DNA of 64,000 nucleotides. It comes from Brevundimonas sp. (GTDB lineage Bacteria; Pseudomonadota; Alphaproteobacteria; Caulobacterales; Caulobacteraceae). A program made the translations under genes and the position numbers. Shown in pieces: positions 17,483 to 28,299 of the stretch. How positions within the stretch are numbered: the first letter of the stretch is position 1; each line of letters opens with the position of its first letter. The stretch lies in assembly GCF_027484365.1 (NCBI RefSeq), contig NZ_JAIXTC010000018.1, positions 80,286-144,285 on the forward strand. Reading direction: 5' to 3'. The notes under the pieces were generated by a model. The model made no database searches. It saw nothing but the letters and a program-made list of their open reading frames with translations, and was not told the DNA's origin.

Positions 17483-20251
17483 ATGCGCTTCACCCCCTTC
17501 CTGACCGACCTCTCCGCCTCCGTCGTGTGCGAAGCGCGCGAGATCGAGCGGGCGGACCGTGTGATCCGTGTGATGGCGCCGGCCGGCTGGAGCGATGCGC
17601 GCGTGGAGGCGTGGCTGGACTGGCACGACCAGTCCCCTGAGGACTGGCCTCGTCTCGAAGGCGCACCGTCGCGCACGGCGTCTGCTGGGCCGCCCGTGCT
17701 GGACGGGGCCCTCGATCGGTGGGCCGCCCGTCTCGCGGCCTGGGGACGCTCGACCGGGGTGTTTCCGTCCACATCGGACGCAGAGACCTTCGCCTCGGAA
17801 CTGGTCGCCAGCGTTCTTCTGGGTCTCGCCGCGCCGTCGTCAGTCTTGCTGGAAGGCGCCCGGACGCCGCCCGCTGCCGAAGACCAGCCCGGCCCCTCGC
17901 GCAACGCAACCGTCTTCGACCTCGGCGACGCGGGTGTCCGCGCCCGATTCGAAAGCGATACCGCGCGGCGCCGCACGGCGCGTGTGACCGCCCATGCCCT
18001 GTCGGGCGTCACCCGAACCCTGCGCGCAGTGACAGACGCCGTCAGGCGCTGTGAAGGCCCGGCCTCGGTGTGCGCCGACCCTGCCGCCAACCCGGCTCTG
18101 GGCCGCGCCGCCCTGGCCGCGCGTCGGGCCGGCGCGGATGACACCGCGATCCTGGACGCCATCGCCGGACGGGTCTTCTCCGCGCCGGAACCGGAGCCGC
18201 TGAAGCAGATTCGGGTGGTTGCCGTTGCCGATCCCGCCTCGCCGATGGACGCCCCTCTTCGGGCCGCCGCCGACGGATGCCTGGCCGACGACCTCATCGT
18301 CGCCTTTTCCGTGCGTGATGCCGAAGCCGCTGCGGATCTCGCCATCGCGCCCGGCTGCGCCATCGCCCTTCCGGCCGTGGCCGCCGCCCTGCCCGACATG
18401 GTCGAGGCCCTCGACCGCCTCGCCCGACTGTGGACGACGGCGCTGGAGATCGAGGTGGCCTGCGGCTTCGCCCCGGACGGACGGCTCGCGCGCCGGCGTC
18501 ACGCCGTGCGTCCGGTGGTTCTCACCCTGACAAACGGTCTCGACTGGCTGATCGCCGAAGCCGATGGCGCGATCAGCGAGACCGAATTCACAGCCGCATC
18601 CGGCCTCTTTGCTGCGGCGGCCTCTCTTGCGTCGAGCGAACTGGCCGAAACGCTGCGTCCTGCAGCCGACTGGCCCGTCGCAGCCGAAACCGTCCTGGCC
18701 GCGTTGGAGCGGCGCGAGGCTCGGCTCTCCGACCTGACCAGCGAGCTTGGGCAAGCGGCCGCACTGCGAACGGCACAGGCCCATGCCGCGGCGAGCACTT
18801 CGGGTCGACGGCAATGCCTGATCGCCACACTGGGGGCCGACGCCGAGCGGGACCTGCGACTCGGCGTTGCTCCGCTTTCCGGAATCGAGGTCTTCCAGAC
18901 CCGCGACGGCGATATGGTCCGCCGTCTGCACCCGAACCTCGCTGCCGCGATCACCGCCCAGGGCGGCGATGTGGAGGGCGCCGAACGCTGGCTTCTGGGC
19001 CGACGCACGTTGATCGACTCACCCGCGCTCGGTCATGCCGAACTCGCAGCGAAGGGCTTCACCGAGGTGGAGCTGGAGGCGGTCGAGGCGGCTCTGGCTC
19101 ATGTCGAAAGACTGGACGAGGCCTTCGCCCCGCCCGCCCTGGAGGCCGGATTCATCCGCGATGTCCTCGGCTTCGATCAGGAGACCGTGGGCCACGGCGG
19201 TTTGCTGGCGCTATTGGCCACCCCGGAAGAGATCGCCGCCGCGACGGACCATGTGTTCGGCCGCCGCGACCTGTCCGACTGGCCCAGCGCACCGGTCCGT
19301 CTGAAGGCCATTCTCACCGACCTGGACCTTGCCTCCGCAAACCTGGTCCGTGCCGCCGAGATGTTCAGCGACGTCGCGGACATGACCTCGGTCGAGCTGC
19401 CCAGCCGGGCGGGGATCGGCGCCGCGATGGCCCTGCTGGCCCAGGCCGCGTCTGAGGGTCGTCGGGCAATCCGGCTGTCTCGCCGTCAGGCCTCCAACCA
19501 GCCCCTGCTTCATCTACCGGACTTCGAACCCGCCCGTCGCGCGCCGGAGCCCCCGCCCCAGCCCAGGCCGGCACCGACAGAACGGGTTGTCGAACGGGTC
19601 ATCGAACGGGTCCGCACCCGCCGCAAACTGCCCGACCGCCGCAAGGGCTATATCCAGAAGGCCGCTGTCGGCGGCCACAAGGTCTATATCCACACGGGCG
19701 AGTACGAGGACGGCGAACTCGGCGAGATCTTCATCGACATGCACAAGGAAGGCGCCGCCTTCCGCAGCCTGATGAACAATTTCGCCATCGCGATCTCTAT
19801 CGGCCTGCAATACGGAGTGCCGCTGGACGAGTTCGTGGACGCCTTCCTGCTGACGCGTTTCGAGCCGGCGGGGCGGGTCACGGGCAACGACTCCATCGGA
19901 TCCGCGACCTCGATCCTAGACTACATCTTCCGCGAACTCGGCGTGTCCTACCTGGACCGCCACGAACTGGCCAACGCCGACGCGGAGCCGCTGGACGCCG
20001 ACGGTCTCGGTTCGGGCAAGGCCGACGAACTGGTCCCCGCCGCCCGCTTCATCTCCAAGGGATTTGCCCGGGGCGCAACGCCGGACAATCTCGTGGTCCT
20101 GCCGTTCGGTCGGAAGGCCGAAACGCCGGGCCGAAGCGGTGATCACGGCGAGGCTGACGCCTGCCCCGCCTGCGGTGACTTCACGCTTCAGCAACGCGGC
20201 GGGGCCTGGATCTGCGACACCTGCGGGATCGCGCCCCAGATGCGGGGATAA
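17483..20251 (+). CDS. Degenerate class II (B12-dependent) ribonucleotide reductase homologue with intact TSCPD domain and zinc ribbon
   Basis: C-terminus [58 protein letters not shown] and CPACG..CDTCG are NrdJ-typical. The N-terminal part matches NrdJ only loosely and has no NPCxE motif. Confidence 0.85.
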   Translation: MRFTPFLTDLSASVVCEAREIERADRVIRVMAPAGWSDARVEAWLDWHDQSPEDWPRLEGAPSRTASAGPPVLDGALDRWAARLAAWGRSTGVFPSTSDAETFASELVASVLLGLAAPSSVLLEGARTPPAAEDQPGPSRNATVFDLGDAGVRARFESDTARRRTARVTAHALSGVTRTLRAVTDAVRRCEGPASVCADPAANPALGRAALAARRAGADDTAILDAIAGRVFSAPEPEPLKQIRVVAVADPASPMDAPLRAAADGCLADDLIVAFSVRDAEAAADLAIAPGCAIALPAVAAALPDMVEALDRLARLWTTALEIEVACGFAPDGRLARRRHAVRPVVLTLTNGLDWLIAEADGAISETEFTAASGLFAAAASLASSELAETLRPAADWPVAAETVLAALERREARLSDLTSELGQAAALRTAQAHAAASTSGRRQCLIATLGADAERDLRLGVAPLSGIEVFQTRDGDMVRRLHPNLAAAITAQGGDVEGAERWLLGRRTLIDSPALGHAELAAKGFTEVELEAVEAALAHVERLDEAFAPPALEAGFIRDVLGFDQETVGHGGLLALLATPEEIAAATDHVFGRRDLSDWPSAPVRLKAILTDLDLASANLVRAAEMFSDVADMTSVELPSRAGIGAAMALLAQAASEGRRAIRLSRRQASNQPLLHLPDFEPARRAPEPPPQPRPAPTERVVERVIERVRTRRKLPDRRKGYIQKAAVGGHKVYIHTGEYEDGELGEIFIDMHKEGAAFRSLMNNFAIAISIGLQYGVPLDEFVDAFLLTRFEPAGRVTGNDSIGSATSILDYIFRELGVSYLDRHELANADAEPLDADGLGSGKADELVPAARFISKGFARGATPDNLVVLPFGRKAETPGRSGDHGEADACPACGDFTLQQRGGAWICDTCGIAPQMRG

Positions 20252-20257
20252 GGCCTG

Positions 20258-20659
20258 GTGACCGCCTTCAGCTGCCCCCTTCGCGTTCGTTGGGGCGAGG
20301 TCGACGCCCAGGGCGTGGTCTTCAACCCCAATTATTTCGTCTACGCCGATGTGGCCGCGACCGAGTTTTTCCGCGCCGCCGGTGTGATGAACGGCGACCA
20401 TCCCGACATGGGCCAGAGCTATGTCGTCGATGCGCGCGCCAGCTTTCGCGCATCGGCCCGCTTCGACGACCTCCTGGACATCCGGGTCTCCGTTTCGCGG
20501 ATCGGCCGCTCCAGCTACGACCTGCGCGTCGACATCCTGCGCGACGGCCAGCTCCTGACCGAGGTGTCGCTGACCTACGTCCGGGCTCTCGAAGGACGGT
20601 CCGAACCCCTGTCCGAGGGCTATCGCGCCATGCTCGCCCGCGTCGTCACACCCGACTGA
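20258..20659 (+). CDS. Hotdog-fold acyl-CoA thioesterase (YbgC/FadM-like)
   Basis: RVRWGEVDAQGVVFNPNY motif, GRSS turn. Confidence 0.9.
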   Translation: MTAFSCPLRVRWGEVDAQGVVFNPNYFVYADVAATEFFRAAGVMNGDHPDMGQSYVVDARASFRASARFDDLLDIRVSVSRIGRSSYDLRVDILRDGQLLTEVSLTYVRALEGRSEPLSEGYRAMLARVVTPD

Positions 20660-20745
20660 GCTGGGTTCAGCAGATCGTAAGCTCCTGTGCAGTAGAGATG
20701 AAGAGACGACTGCCGCCGGCCCGCCGGCTTCGGAGTACGACCGCC

Positions 20746-21228
20746 GTGAAACGCCTGATCCTCGCTGCCGCCCTTGTCCTTCTGGTCACCCCCGCCTTCG
20801 CCCAGAACGCCGGCCAGATCGCCCGCGTGCGCGGCGGCGCCAGCTGTTCCGGCTGCAACCTGTTCCAGGGCGATTTCTCGGGGCTGGAGGCGCGAGGCCT
20901 GAACCTGAGCGGGTCGCGCCTGCGTCAGGCCGATCTCAGTCTCTCGGTGATGAACCGGACCCGGTTCTCCGGCGCCGACCTGCGCGACGTCGAGGCCTAT
21001 GGCGGTGTCTTCTCCAGTTCGAATTTCAGCCGGGCCGACCTGACCAACGCGAGCTTCGTCGGCGCCTATCTCGAGGGTTCCAGCTTTTCCGGCGCGACCC
21101 TAACCGGGGCCAACTTCTCGGGAGCCCAGCTGTCGCGCGCAACGGGCCTGACCCAGAGTCAGCTCAACCGCGCCTGCGGCGACACGTCGACCATCCTGCC
21201 CGGAAGCCTGCGCATTCCCGCCTGCTGA
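20746..21228 (+). CDS. Exported pentapeptide-repeat protein 1
   Basis: GTG start, signal peptide (AFA-Q), CSGC, A(D/N)LxxA-type repeats, C-cap ACGD...PAC. Confidence 0.88.
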   Translation: MKRLILAAALVLLVTPAFAQNAGQIARVRGGASCSGCNLFQGDFSGLEARGLNLSGSRLRQADLSLSVMNRTRFSGADLRDVEAYGGVFSSSNFSRADLTNASFVGAYLEGSSFSGATLTGANFSGAQLSRATGLTQSQLNRACGDTSTILPGSLRIPAC

Positions 21229-21290
21229 AGACCTTCATTCTTACCGCGATTTAAGTAGGGTTTCGGTTGCCCAGGGATCATCTAGAGGGC

Positions 21291-22202
21291 GTGAAACAGA
21301 TCGTGTTCATTTCCCGCCGCCTCTCCGTCGCCCTGCCCGCGCTGGCGCTGTTCGCGGGCCTCTCGGCGCTCGCAGCGCCGGCTACGGCAGAGGTCAGCCT
21401 GTCGATCCAGGATCGCGACGTGACGCGGATGATCTCGCTGGGCGGATCCTGCAACCGCTGCGAACTGTCGGGCCGCAACCTCGCCGGCGCCACCTTCACC
21501 GGAGCCACCTTCACCAGCGCGACCCTGGTCGGCGCGGACCTGCGCGGCGCCGAACTGGTCGGCTCCAACTTCTCCGGAAGCGATTTCAGCCGCGCCAACA
21601 TGGCCGGCGCCGAACTCGTGGGATCGAACTTCACCGGGGCGGCTTTTCGCGACGCCAACATCAACGGCGCGGAAGCCCAGGGTGCGGTCTTCAGTCGCGC
21701 GGATCTCAGTCGGGCCAATCTGTCAGGTGCTGAACTGATGGGCGCCAACATGAACGGCGCGGTCCTTACCGGGGCCAATCTGTCCGGCGCCGAGTTGTTC
21801 GGCACGACCCTGGCGAACGTCAGCGCGCGCGGAGCCTCCTTCGCCAACGCCGAACTGAACGCCGCCAACATGGCCGGCGGCGACTTCGGCGCGGCCAACC
21901 TGAGCAGCGCCCAGCTGGACGGTGCCCGCCTGTCCCAGGCGAGCTTCGGGCGGGCCGTCTTCACCGACGCCTCGCTGCGCCGGACCGATATCCGGGGTGC
22001 CGACCTGTCCGGCGCCCGGGGCCTGACCCAGACCCAGATCTCGCAGGCCTGCGGCGATTCCTCGACCCGTCTGCCGCGCGGACTCAGCGTCCGCTCCTGC
22101 GGCTCACGGGGGATGGTCCGGATGCCGTCACCCCCGGCTCCGCCCGCGCCGCCGGCCGCACCCTCGCCGCGGCGGGACATCGCCAGCGCCGACCGCCACT
22201 GA
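21291..22202 (+). CDS. Exported pentapeptide-repeat protein 2
   Basis: GTG start, signal peptide (ATA-E), CNRC, long pentapeptide array, C-cap ACGD...RSC, Pro-rich tail. Confidence 0.88.
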   Translation: MKQIVFISRRLSVALPALALFAGLSALAAPATAEVSLSIQDRDVTRMISLGGSCNRCELSGRNLAGATFTGATFTSATLVGADLRGAELVGSNFSGSDFSRANMAGAELVGSNFTGAAFRDANINGAEAQGAVFSRADLSRANLSGAELMGANMNGAVLTGANLSGAELFGTTLANVSARGASFANAELNAANMAGGDFGAANLSSAQLDGARLSQASFGRAVFTDASLRRTDIRGADLSGARGLTQTQISQACGDSSTRLPRGLSVRSCGSRGMVRMPSPPAPPAPPAAPSPRRDIASADRH

Positions 22203-22260
22203 CCACGACGATCGGCCTTCCTGCCGCTCCTTGAACGGCAGGGTTACCTGAGCGGAAGGC

Positions 22261-24087
22261 TTACTTCAGAGGAAGACTGGGGCGGATGTGCAGTTCCTTG
22301 TACTGGCGCTCCAGCGCATCGGCGGGCGCGCTCATCAGCAGATCCTGACCCTGCTGGTTCAGCGGGAAGGCGATGACCTCGCGGATGGCGACCTGATTGG
22401 CCAGCAGCATGACGATGCGGTCGATTCCGGGAGCCAGGCCGCCGTGCGGCGGCGCGCCGTAGCGGAAGGCGTTCAGCATGCCGCCGAACTGGTCCTCAAC
22501 GACCGAGGCGTCGTAGCCGGCGATTTCGAAGGCCTTGAGCATGATCTCGGCCTTGTGGTTCCGGATCGCGCCCGAGCACAGCTCGTAGCCGTTGCAGACG
22601 ATGTCGTACTGATAGGCGCGGATGGTCAGGGGATCCTGGGTCTCCAGAGCCTCCAGCCCGCCCTGCGGCATCGAGAACGGGTTGTGGGAGAAGTCGACCT
22701 TCTTCTCTTCCTCCGACCATTCGAACATCGGGAAGTCGACGATCCAGCAGAACTTGAACTGCTCCTCGTCGACCAGTTTCAGCTCGGTGGCCACGCGGGT
22801 GCGCGCCAGGCCGGCGAACTTCGCGAAGACCGACGGCAGGCCGGCGGCGAAGAAGGCGGCGTCGCCTTTTCCGAGGCCGAGGGCGGCCATCAGGGCATCA
22901 GTGGCCTCGCCGAGGTTCTTGGCGATCGGCCCGCCCCAGGCGTTGTTATCGTCTGACCAGAAGATATAGCCGAGGCCCGGCTGGCCCTCGCCCTGGGCCC
23001 AGGAATTCATGCGGTCGCAGAAGGCGCGGCTTCCGCCGGTCGGGGCCGGAATGGCCCAGACGGCGTTCTTCGCATCGGCGCCGAGGATCTTGTTGAACAG
23101 GCCGAAGCCGCCGTCGCGGAAATGCTCCGAGACGTCCTGCATCTTGATCGGGTTGCGGGTGTCCGGCTTGTCGGTGCCGTACCACTTCATCGACTGTTCG
23201 TAGGTCAGACGCTCGAACCCGGTGTGTTCCAGGGTCTGGCCGAAGTCGTTGGTGAAGGTGTGGGTTCCCGCGATCGGCGACACAGGCTTGCCGTCGGCGA
23301 ACTCTTCGAACACGCCATGCATGACGGGTTCGATTGCGGCGAAAACATCCTCTTGCGTGACGAAGCTCATCTCGACGTCGAGCTGGTAGAATTCCAGCGA
23401 CCGGTCGGCGCGCAGGTCTTCGTCGCGGAAACAGGGGGCGATCTGGAAGTAGCGGTCGAAGCCCGAGACCATGAGCAGCTGTTTGAACTGCTGCGGGGCC
23501 TGCGGCAGGGCGTAGAACTTGCCCGGGTGCAGACGTGACGGCACCAGGAAGTCGCGCGCGCCTTCCGGCGACGAGGCCGTCAGGATCGGGGTCTGGTACT
23601 CCAGGAAGCCCTGGTCGACCATGCGGCGACGGATCGAGGAGATGACCTTCGAGCGCAGCACGATGTTCTTGTGCAGGGTCTCGCGGCGCAGATCGAGGTA
23701 GCGGTGCTTGAGGCGAATTTCCTCGGGGTATTCCGGCTCGCCGAAGACGGGCAGCGGCAGTTCGGCGGCCTCGGACAGGATCTCCACGCCGGTGACGCGC
23801 AGTTCGATCTCGCCGGTCGGCAGGTTCGGGTTCACGACGGAGGCGTCGCGGGCGACCACTTCGCCGTCGACGCGGATCACGCTCTCGGCGCGCACGCGCT
23901 CGACTGCGGCGAAGCCCGGGGTCTCCGGATGGAAGACCAGCTGGGTCAGGCCGTAGTGGTCGCGCAGGTCGATGAACAGCAGACCGCCGTGGTCGCGCTT
24001 GCGGTGCACCCAGCCAGACAGGCGCACATTGGAGCCTGCGTCCGAAGACCGGAGGGCGCCGCAGGTGTGGGAGCGATAGGCGTGCAT
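22261..24087 (-). CDS. aspS: Aspartate-tRNA ligase, probably non-discriminating Asp/Asn type
   Basis: [10 protein letters not shown] start (ATG 24087), [39 protein letters not shown]. Confidence 0.97.
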   Translation of the reverse strand: MHAYRSHTCGALRSSDAGSNVRLSGWVHRKRDHGGLLFIDLRDHYGLTQLVFHPETPGFAAVERVRAESVIRVDGEVVARDASVVNPNLPTGEIELRVTGVEILSEAAELPLPVFGEPEYPEEIRLKHRYLDLRRETLHKNIVLRSKVISSIRRRMVDQGFLEYQTPILTASSPEGARDFLVPSRLHPGKFYALPQAPQQFKQLLMVSGFDRYFQIAPCFRDEDLRADRSLEFYQLDVEMSFVTQEDVFAAIEPVMHGVFEEFADGKPVSPIAGTHTFTNDFGQTLEHTGFERLTYEQSMKWYGTDKPDTRNPIKMQDVSEHFRDGGFGLFNKILGADAKNAVWAIPAPTGGSRAFCDRMNSWAQGEGQPGLGYIFWSDDNNAWGGPIAKNLGEATDALMAALGLGKGDAAFFAAGLPSVFAKFAGLARTRVATELKLVDEEQFKFCWIVDFPMFEWSEEEKKVDFSHNPFSMPQGGLEALETQDPLTIRAYQYDIVCNGYELCSGAIRNHKAEIMLKAFEIAGYDASVVEDQFGGMLNAFRYGAPPHGGLAPGIDRIVMLLANQVAIREVIAFPLNQQGQDLLMSAPADALERQYKELHIRPSLPLK

Positions 24088-24180
24088 GGTGAAATCGTCT
24101 GAATCGGCCGCGAAACGGCGGGAATTGGAAGCGGCGTAAGGCGCATCCGCGCCCCGGAAAGTCAAGGTCGCGGCCGGATC

Positions 24181-24234
24181 GGCGGGGTCTGCGGACTCCA
24201 AAACCCAGTCCGAAGCGTCCGAAGCGTCCGAAGC
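24181..24234. repeat. Diverged inverted copy C of the triple-9-mer element: (GTCCGAAGC)x3 at 24208-24234
   Basis: Reverse complement (GCTTCGGAC)x3-TGGGTTTTGGAGTCCGCAGAC parallels copies A/B (GTTTCGTCC)x3-AGGGTGTTTTTCGTCCGGACAGAC. Confidence 0.6.
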
Positions 24235-24482
24235 GTTCGCACCGCCCTTGGGAAACACGCCGCCGCCTGGACGCCCCTCGAGTGTAGCGCCATGCGAAAC
24301 CCAGGCGCGTTCGGAACAGGTCGAGACCCGTCTGGCGGGTCGTGGAGACGTTTTCCAGGTCGAATGACTTTATTCGCTCGACGTCAGAAGCGGTCGCAGC
24401 GGTCCACAGGGCCGGTTCGTCTGTCCACGTCGGATCATGATCCCGTATCAGGACAATCCGGCCGATCTGCTATGGTGATCCC

Positions 24483-25157
24483 ATGTCGGCGCGCCGTCCC
24501 CTTCGCGAACAGCTCAGGCTGCCCCTGACCCGGGAAGCGCCCCAGGGCGCGGCGGCCTTCGTGCGCTCGGCCTCCAACGCCTATGCCGTCGACGCCCTCG
24601 CCGTCTGGCCGGACAGCGCGGGCCAGGTCATGGCGATCTGCGGGCCCGCCGGCTGCGGCAAGAGCCACCTCGCCGCCGTCTGGGCCGAACGGGTCGGGGC
24701 CATCCCCCTGAACGGGTCGGAGGCCGCCCTGGCCGATCCGCTGGAGCTGGAAGGTCGACCGGTCCTGCTCGACATCGCCCAGGAGGCCGACGACGAGACC
24801 CTGTTTCACCTGATCAACCTGGCCCAGCAGGACGGCGGCGCCCTTCTGTTGGTGTCGCGCCCCTCACCCCGGCGCTGGCAGGTCGCCGTGCCCGATCTGC
24901 GCTCGCGGCTCGACGCCGTCCGGGTCGTGGCCTTGGAGGCTCCGGACGACGCAGTCCTGTCGGCCATCCTCGCGGCCCGGTTCGCCGAGCGCAGCATCAC
25001 CCCGGGAGACGGAGTGATCGACTATCTGGTTCGCCGCATTGATCGGTCAGCGGAGGCTGTGGCGCGTATCGTCGAGCGGCTGGATGCCGAGCATCGACCG
25101 ATTTCGCGGGCGCTCGCCCGTCAGGTCCTGGACGCGACGGACGAGCTGTTCGAGTAA
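24483..25157 (+). CDS. hdaA: DnaA regulatory inactivator HdaA
   Basis: N-terminal beta-clamp motif QLRLPL, Walker A GPAGCGKSH, LFHLIN, PDLRSRL arginine finger. Confidence 0.9.
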   Translation: MSARRPLREQLRLPLTREAPQGAAAFVRSASNAYAVDALAVWPDSAGQVMAICGPAGCGKSHLAAVWAERVGAIPLNGSEAALADPLELEGRPVLLDIAQEADDETLFHLINLAQQDGGALLLVSRPSPRRWQVAVPDLRSRLDAVRVVALEAPDDAVLSAILAARFAERSITPGDGVIDYLVRRIDRSAEAVARIVERLDAEHRPISRALARQVLDATDELFE

Positions 25158-25168
25158 CCGCGTACGGA

Positions 25169-25954
25169 TCAGGCCGTCCTGACGACCTGTTTGCGCGATA
25201 TCTGCCAGGCTGCGGCGCCCGCCAGCGTCATCCCCAGCAGGATCATCGCCCATTCGGACAGGGTGGGAACCGGCGCAGGCGGAGACACGGCCACGACCGC
25301 CTGGACATTGCTGGCGCCTGCGACAGAATAGCCGTTCGCCACAGGAGCCAGGCCGCCCGAGCCAGGGGATTGCATCGCGTTGATGATCGCCAGCCGGATC
25401 GTCGTGCCCGCATAAGGAGCCACGGAGAAAGAGGCGATCGCGGCGGGAGTCAGAGCGGTGTTATTGGCGCCGCTGACAATGATGCGGTTGGTGCCCGACA
25501 GCGGGGCTTGCTGATAGTTCGGAACGGAGGTCGTTGGATAGACACCCACCCACATCGCACGGTCGCTTGTCGACACAACGCCTGCGCCACCCGCCCTTGT
25601 TCCAAAATCACCTGACAGTGTCAGGGTCGTCGCGCCGACCGGGATGGCGATGTCCTGATAAAGCACGCAACTGCGAGACCCTGCGCTGGTCAGGATGACG
25701 CTTCCGAGAGCGAGTTCTGCGTTCGCCGTTGTAAACCCCGCCGATCCCGATGCGGTTTCGGTTCCGGGTTGGGCGGCTCCGTTGAAGCTACAGGTGCCGG
25801 TTGCGACGTTGGTCGTCGCGGCGGCGGGCGTCCAGCCAGTGAGGCCGCCGGTAAAGCTTCCATTGGTAACCAGATTCTGGGCCTGGGCCGTCGAAGCGAG
25901 CACGCACACGCCGAACGACGCTGCAGTCAGCGCCGTCTTCAAGATCAATTTCAT
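25169..25954 (-). CDS. Exported protein with C-terminal IPTL-CTERM sorting signal; N-terminus resembles a carbohydrate-binding jelly-roll start
   Basis: ATG 25954, signal peptide (AQA-Q), QNLVTNGSF...GWT, C-terminus PVPTLSEWAMILLGMTLAGAAAWQISRKQ. AT-richer codons. Confidence 0.85.
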   Translation of the reverse strand: MKLILKTALTAASFGVCVLASTAQAQNLVTNGSFTGGLTGWTPAAATTNVATGTCSFNGAAQPGTETASGSAGFTTANAELALGSVILTSAGSRSCVLYQDIAIPVGATTLTLSGDFGTRAGGAGVVSTSDRAMWVGVYPTTSVPNYQQAPLSGTNRIIVSGANNTALTPAAIASFSVAPYAGTTIRLAIINAMQSPGSGGLAPVANGYSVAGASNVQAVVAVSPPAPVPTLSEWAMILLGMTLAGAAAWQISRKQVVRTA

Positions 25955-26082
25955 GGTCTGTCCCCACGGCGGCTCGAACACCCGCCCCTTGCCTTATCTT
26001 CGGGAGCGCAGTGCCGGAGTCAATACGGTGACGCTTGTCCTTCACGCTTGCAGCCGTAACAAACGCGTCCCACAACCGGCCC

Positions 26083-28299
26083 ATGTCCGACGCCGCCATA
26101 TCCGACGCCACCCGGGGTGAGGAAGTCCCCTCCTCCCGTGCGCCCCAGCTTCATCTGGACGAGGATCTGATGGCCTCGCCCACGCGGTTCTTCAATCGCG
26201 AGATCAGCTGGCTGGCCTTCAACGCCCGGGTTCTCGAAGAAGCCGCGAACCCCAGCCACCCCCTGCTGGAACGGCTGAGGTTCCTGTCGATCTCGGCCAA
26301 TAACCTCGACGAGTTCTTCATGACCCGGGTCGCCGGTCTGAAAGGCCAGGTGCGCGAGCGTGTCCGGGTCCTGTCCGCCGACGGCCTGACTGCCGCCGAA
26401 CAGCTGGAAAAGCTGAACATCGCCGCCGGCGAACTGATGGCCGAACAGCAGGGGCGCTGGCGCCAGCTGCGCAAGGAACTGGTCGGCGCGGGGATCGAGG
26501 TCGTCCACGCGGGGAAGATCACCAAGACCGACAAGGAACGGCTGGAGCCCGAGTTCCTGAACCAGCTGTTCGCCGTCCTGACCCCCCTGGCCATCGATCC
26601 GGCCCACCCCTTCCCCTTCCTGCCCAACCTCGGCTTCTCCCTCGCGCTGAAACTGCGCCGCGAGCGGGACAACAAGACCCTCTATGCCCTGGTCCCCGTC
26701 CCGACCCAGGTGCGGCGCTTCTGGGAGCTGACCGGCGACGGGCGCTCGGTGAAGGGGCGCAGGCGGTTCATCTCGCTCGAGAACGTCCTGCTGCTGTTCA
26801 TCGAGCACCTGTTCCCCGGTCACGAGGTGCTGGAGAAGGGCGTGCTGCGTCTGATCCGCGATTCGGACATCGAGATCGAGGAAGAGGCCGAGGACCTGGT
26901 CCTCGAGTTCGAGGAGGCGCTGAAGCAGCGTCGCCTGGGCTCGGTCGTGCGAGTCAAGATCGAGGCGTCCATGCCCGACGACCTGCGCGAGTTCATCGTC
27001 GGCGAACTGGAGGCCGCGCCCCAGGACGTGGTTCTGGTCGACGGCATGCTCGGCCTGGCGCAGCTGGGCGAACTCATCCCGTCGGGCCATCCGGACCTGA
27101 AATTCCCCGGCTATGAGCCCCGCTATCCCGAACGGGTGCGCGACCAGGGCGGGGACGTCTTCGCCGCAGTGCGCGAGAAGGACATCCTGATCCACCACCC
27201 GTTCGAGAGCTTCGACGTGGTGGTGCAGTTCCTGCGTCAGGCGGCCCGCGACCCGAACGTCATCGCCATCAAACAGACCCTGTATCGCACGTCCAAGGAC
27301 AGTCCGATCGTGGCCGCCCTGATCGAGGCGGCCGAGAACGGCAAGAACGTCGTCGCCCTCGTCGAGATCAAGGCCCGGTTCGACGAGGAGGCCAACCTGC
27401 GCTGGGCTCGCGCCATGGAGCGGGCCGGGGTCCACGTCGTCTTCGGCTTCGTCGAATACAAGACCCACGCCAAGCTCAGCGTCGTCGTGCGCCGCGAGGG
27501 CGACGGACTGAAGACCTACTGCCACTTCGGAACGGGCAATTATCACCCGATCACCGCCAAGATTTACACCGACCTGAGCCTGTTCTCCTCCGATCCCGTC
27601 CTGGCCCGGGATGCGTCGCGGGTGTTCAACTACATCACCGGCTACGCCCAGCCCGAAGATCTGGAGGCGCTGGTCGTCTCCCCCCTGAACATGAAGTCCA
27701 CCCTGATCGAACTGATCGGCAAGGAGATGTCGGCGGCGGCCAAGGGCAAGCCGGCGGCGATCTGGGTCAAGCTGAACGCCCTCGTCGATCCCGAGATCAT
27801 CGACGCCCTGTACCGGGCCAGCCAGTGGGGCGTGCGGATCGAACTGGTCGTGCGCGGCATCTGCTGTCTGCGACCCGGCGTGCCGGGTCTGTCGGAGAAC
27901 ATCCGGGTCAAGTCGATCGTCGGCCGTTTCCTCGAGCACAGCCGGATCATCTGTTTCGCCAACGGAAAAGATCTGCCGCACGACAAGGCCAAGGTCTTCA
28001 TCAGTTCCGCCGACTGGATGACCCGCAATCTGGATCGCCGGGTCGAGATCATGACCCCGGTCTTCAACGCCACCGTTCACGACCAGGTGCTGGATCAGAT
28101 CATGGTCGCCAACCTGAAGGACGACGCCCAGAGCTGGGTCCTGGGGGCCGACGGAGGCTACACGCGGGTCACGCCCGCCGATCCGGCACGGCCCTTCTCG
28201 GCCCACAAGTATTTCATGACCAACCCCAGCCTGTCCGGCCGGGGCCGCAAGGTGAAGACCCGGCCGGAAGCGCTGCGTTACGATCGGCCCGGTCAGTGA
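26083..28299 (+). CDS. ppk1: Polyphosphate kinase 1
   Basis: [59 protein letters not shown]. Confidence 0.97.
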   Translation: MSDAAISDATRGEEVPSSRAPQLHLDEDLMASPTRFFNREISWLAFNARVLEEAANPSHPLLERLRFLSISANNLDEFFMTRVAGLKGQVRERVRVLSADGLTAAEQLEKLNIAAGELMAEQQGRWRQLRKELVGAGIEVVHAGKITKTDKERLEPEFLNQLFAVLTPLAIDPAHPFPFLPNLGFSLALKLRRERDNKTLYALVPVPTQVRRFWELTGDGRSVKGRRRFISLENVLLLFIEHLFPGHEVLEKGVLRLIRDSDIEIEEEAEDLVLEFEEALKQRRLGSVVRVKIEASMPDDLREFIVGELEAAPQDVVLVDGMLGLAQLGELIPSGHPDLKFPGYEPRYPERVRDQGGDVFAAVREKDILIHHPFESFDVVVQFLRQAARDPNVIAIKQTLYRTSKDSPIVAALIEAAENGKNVVALVEIKARFDEEANLRWARAMERAGVHVVFGFVEYKTHAKLSVVVRREGDGLKTYCHFGTGNYHPITAKIYTDLSLFSSDPVLARDASRVFNYITGYAQPEDLEALVVSPLNMKSTLIELIGKEMSAAAKGKPAAIWVKLNALVDPEIIDALYRASQWGVRIELVVRGICCLRPGVPGLSENIRVKSIVGRFLEHSRIICFANGKDLPHDKAKVFISSADWMTRNLDRRVEIMTPVFNATVHDQVLDQIMVANLKDDAQSWVLGADGGYTRVTPADPARPFSAHKYFMTNPSLSGRGRKVKTRPEALRYDRPGQ

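Noticed and set aside
21241-21254. CtrA box before pentapeptide gene 2
   Set aside because: TTAC-N6-TTAA has the wrong spacing and a mismatch.
20746-22202. Qnr/MfpA-type quinolone resistance genes
   Set aside because: Both proteins have export signals and disulfide-type caps, which is incompatible with cytoplasmic gyrase protection.
24088-24258. 57-aa N-terminal extension of AspRS suggested by the ORF track
   Set aside because: The canonical [10 protein letters not shown] start is at 24087 and the extension is translation through the repeat. Kept only as a possibility in the repeat finding.
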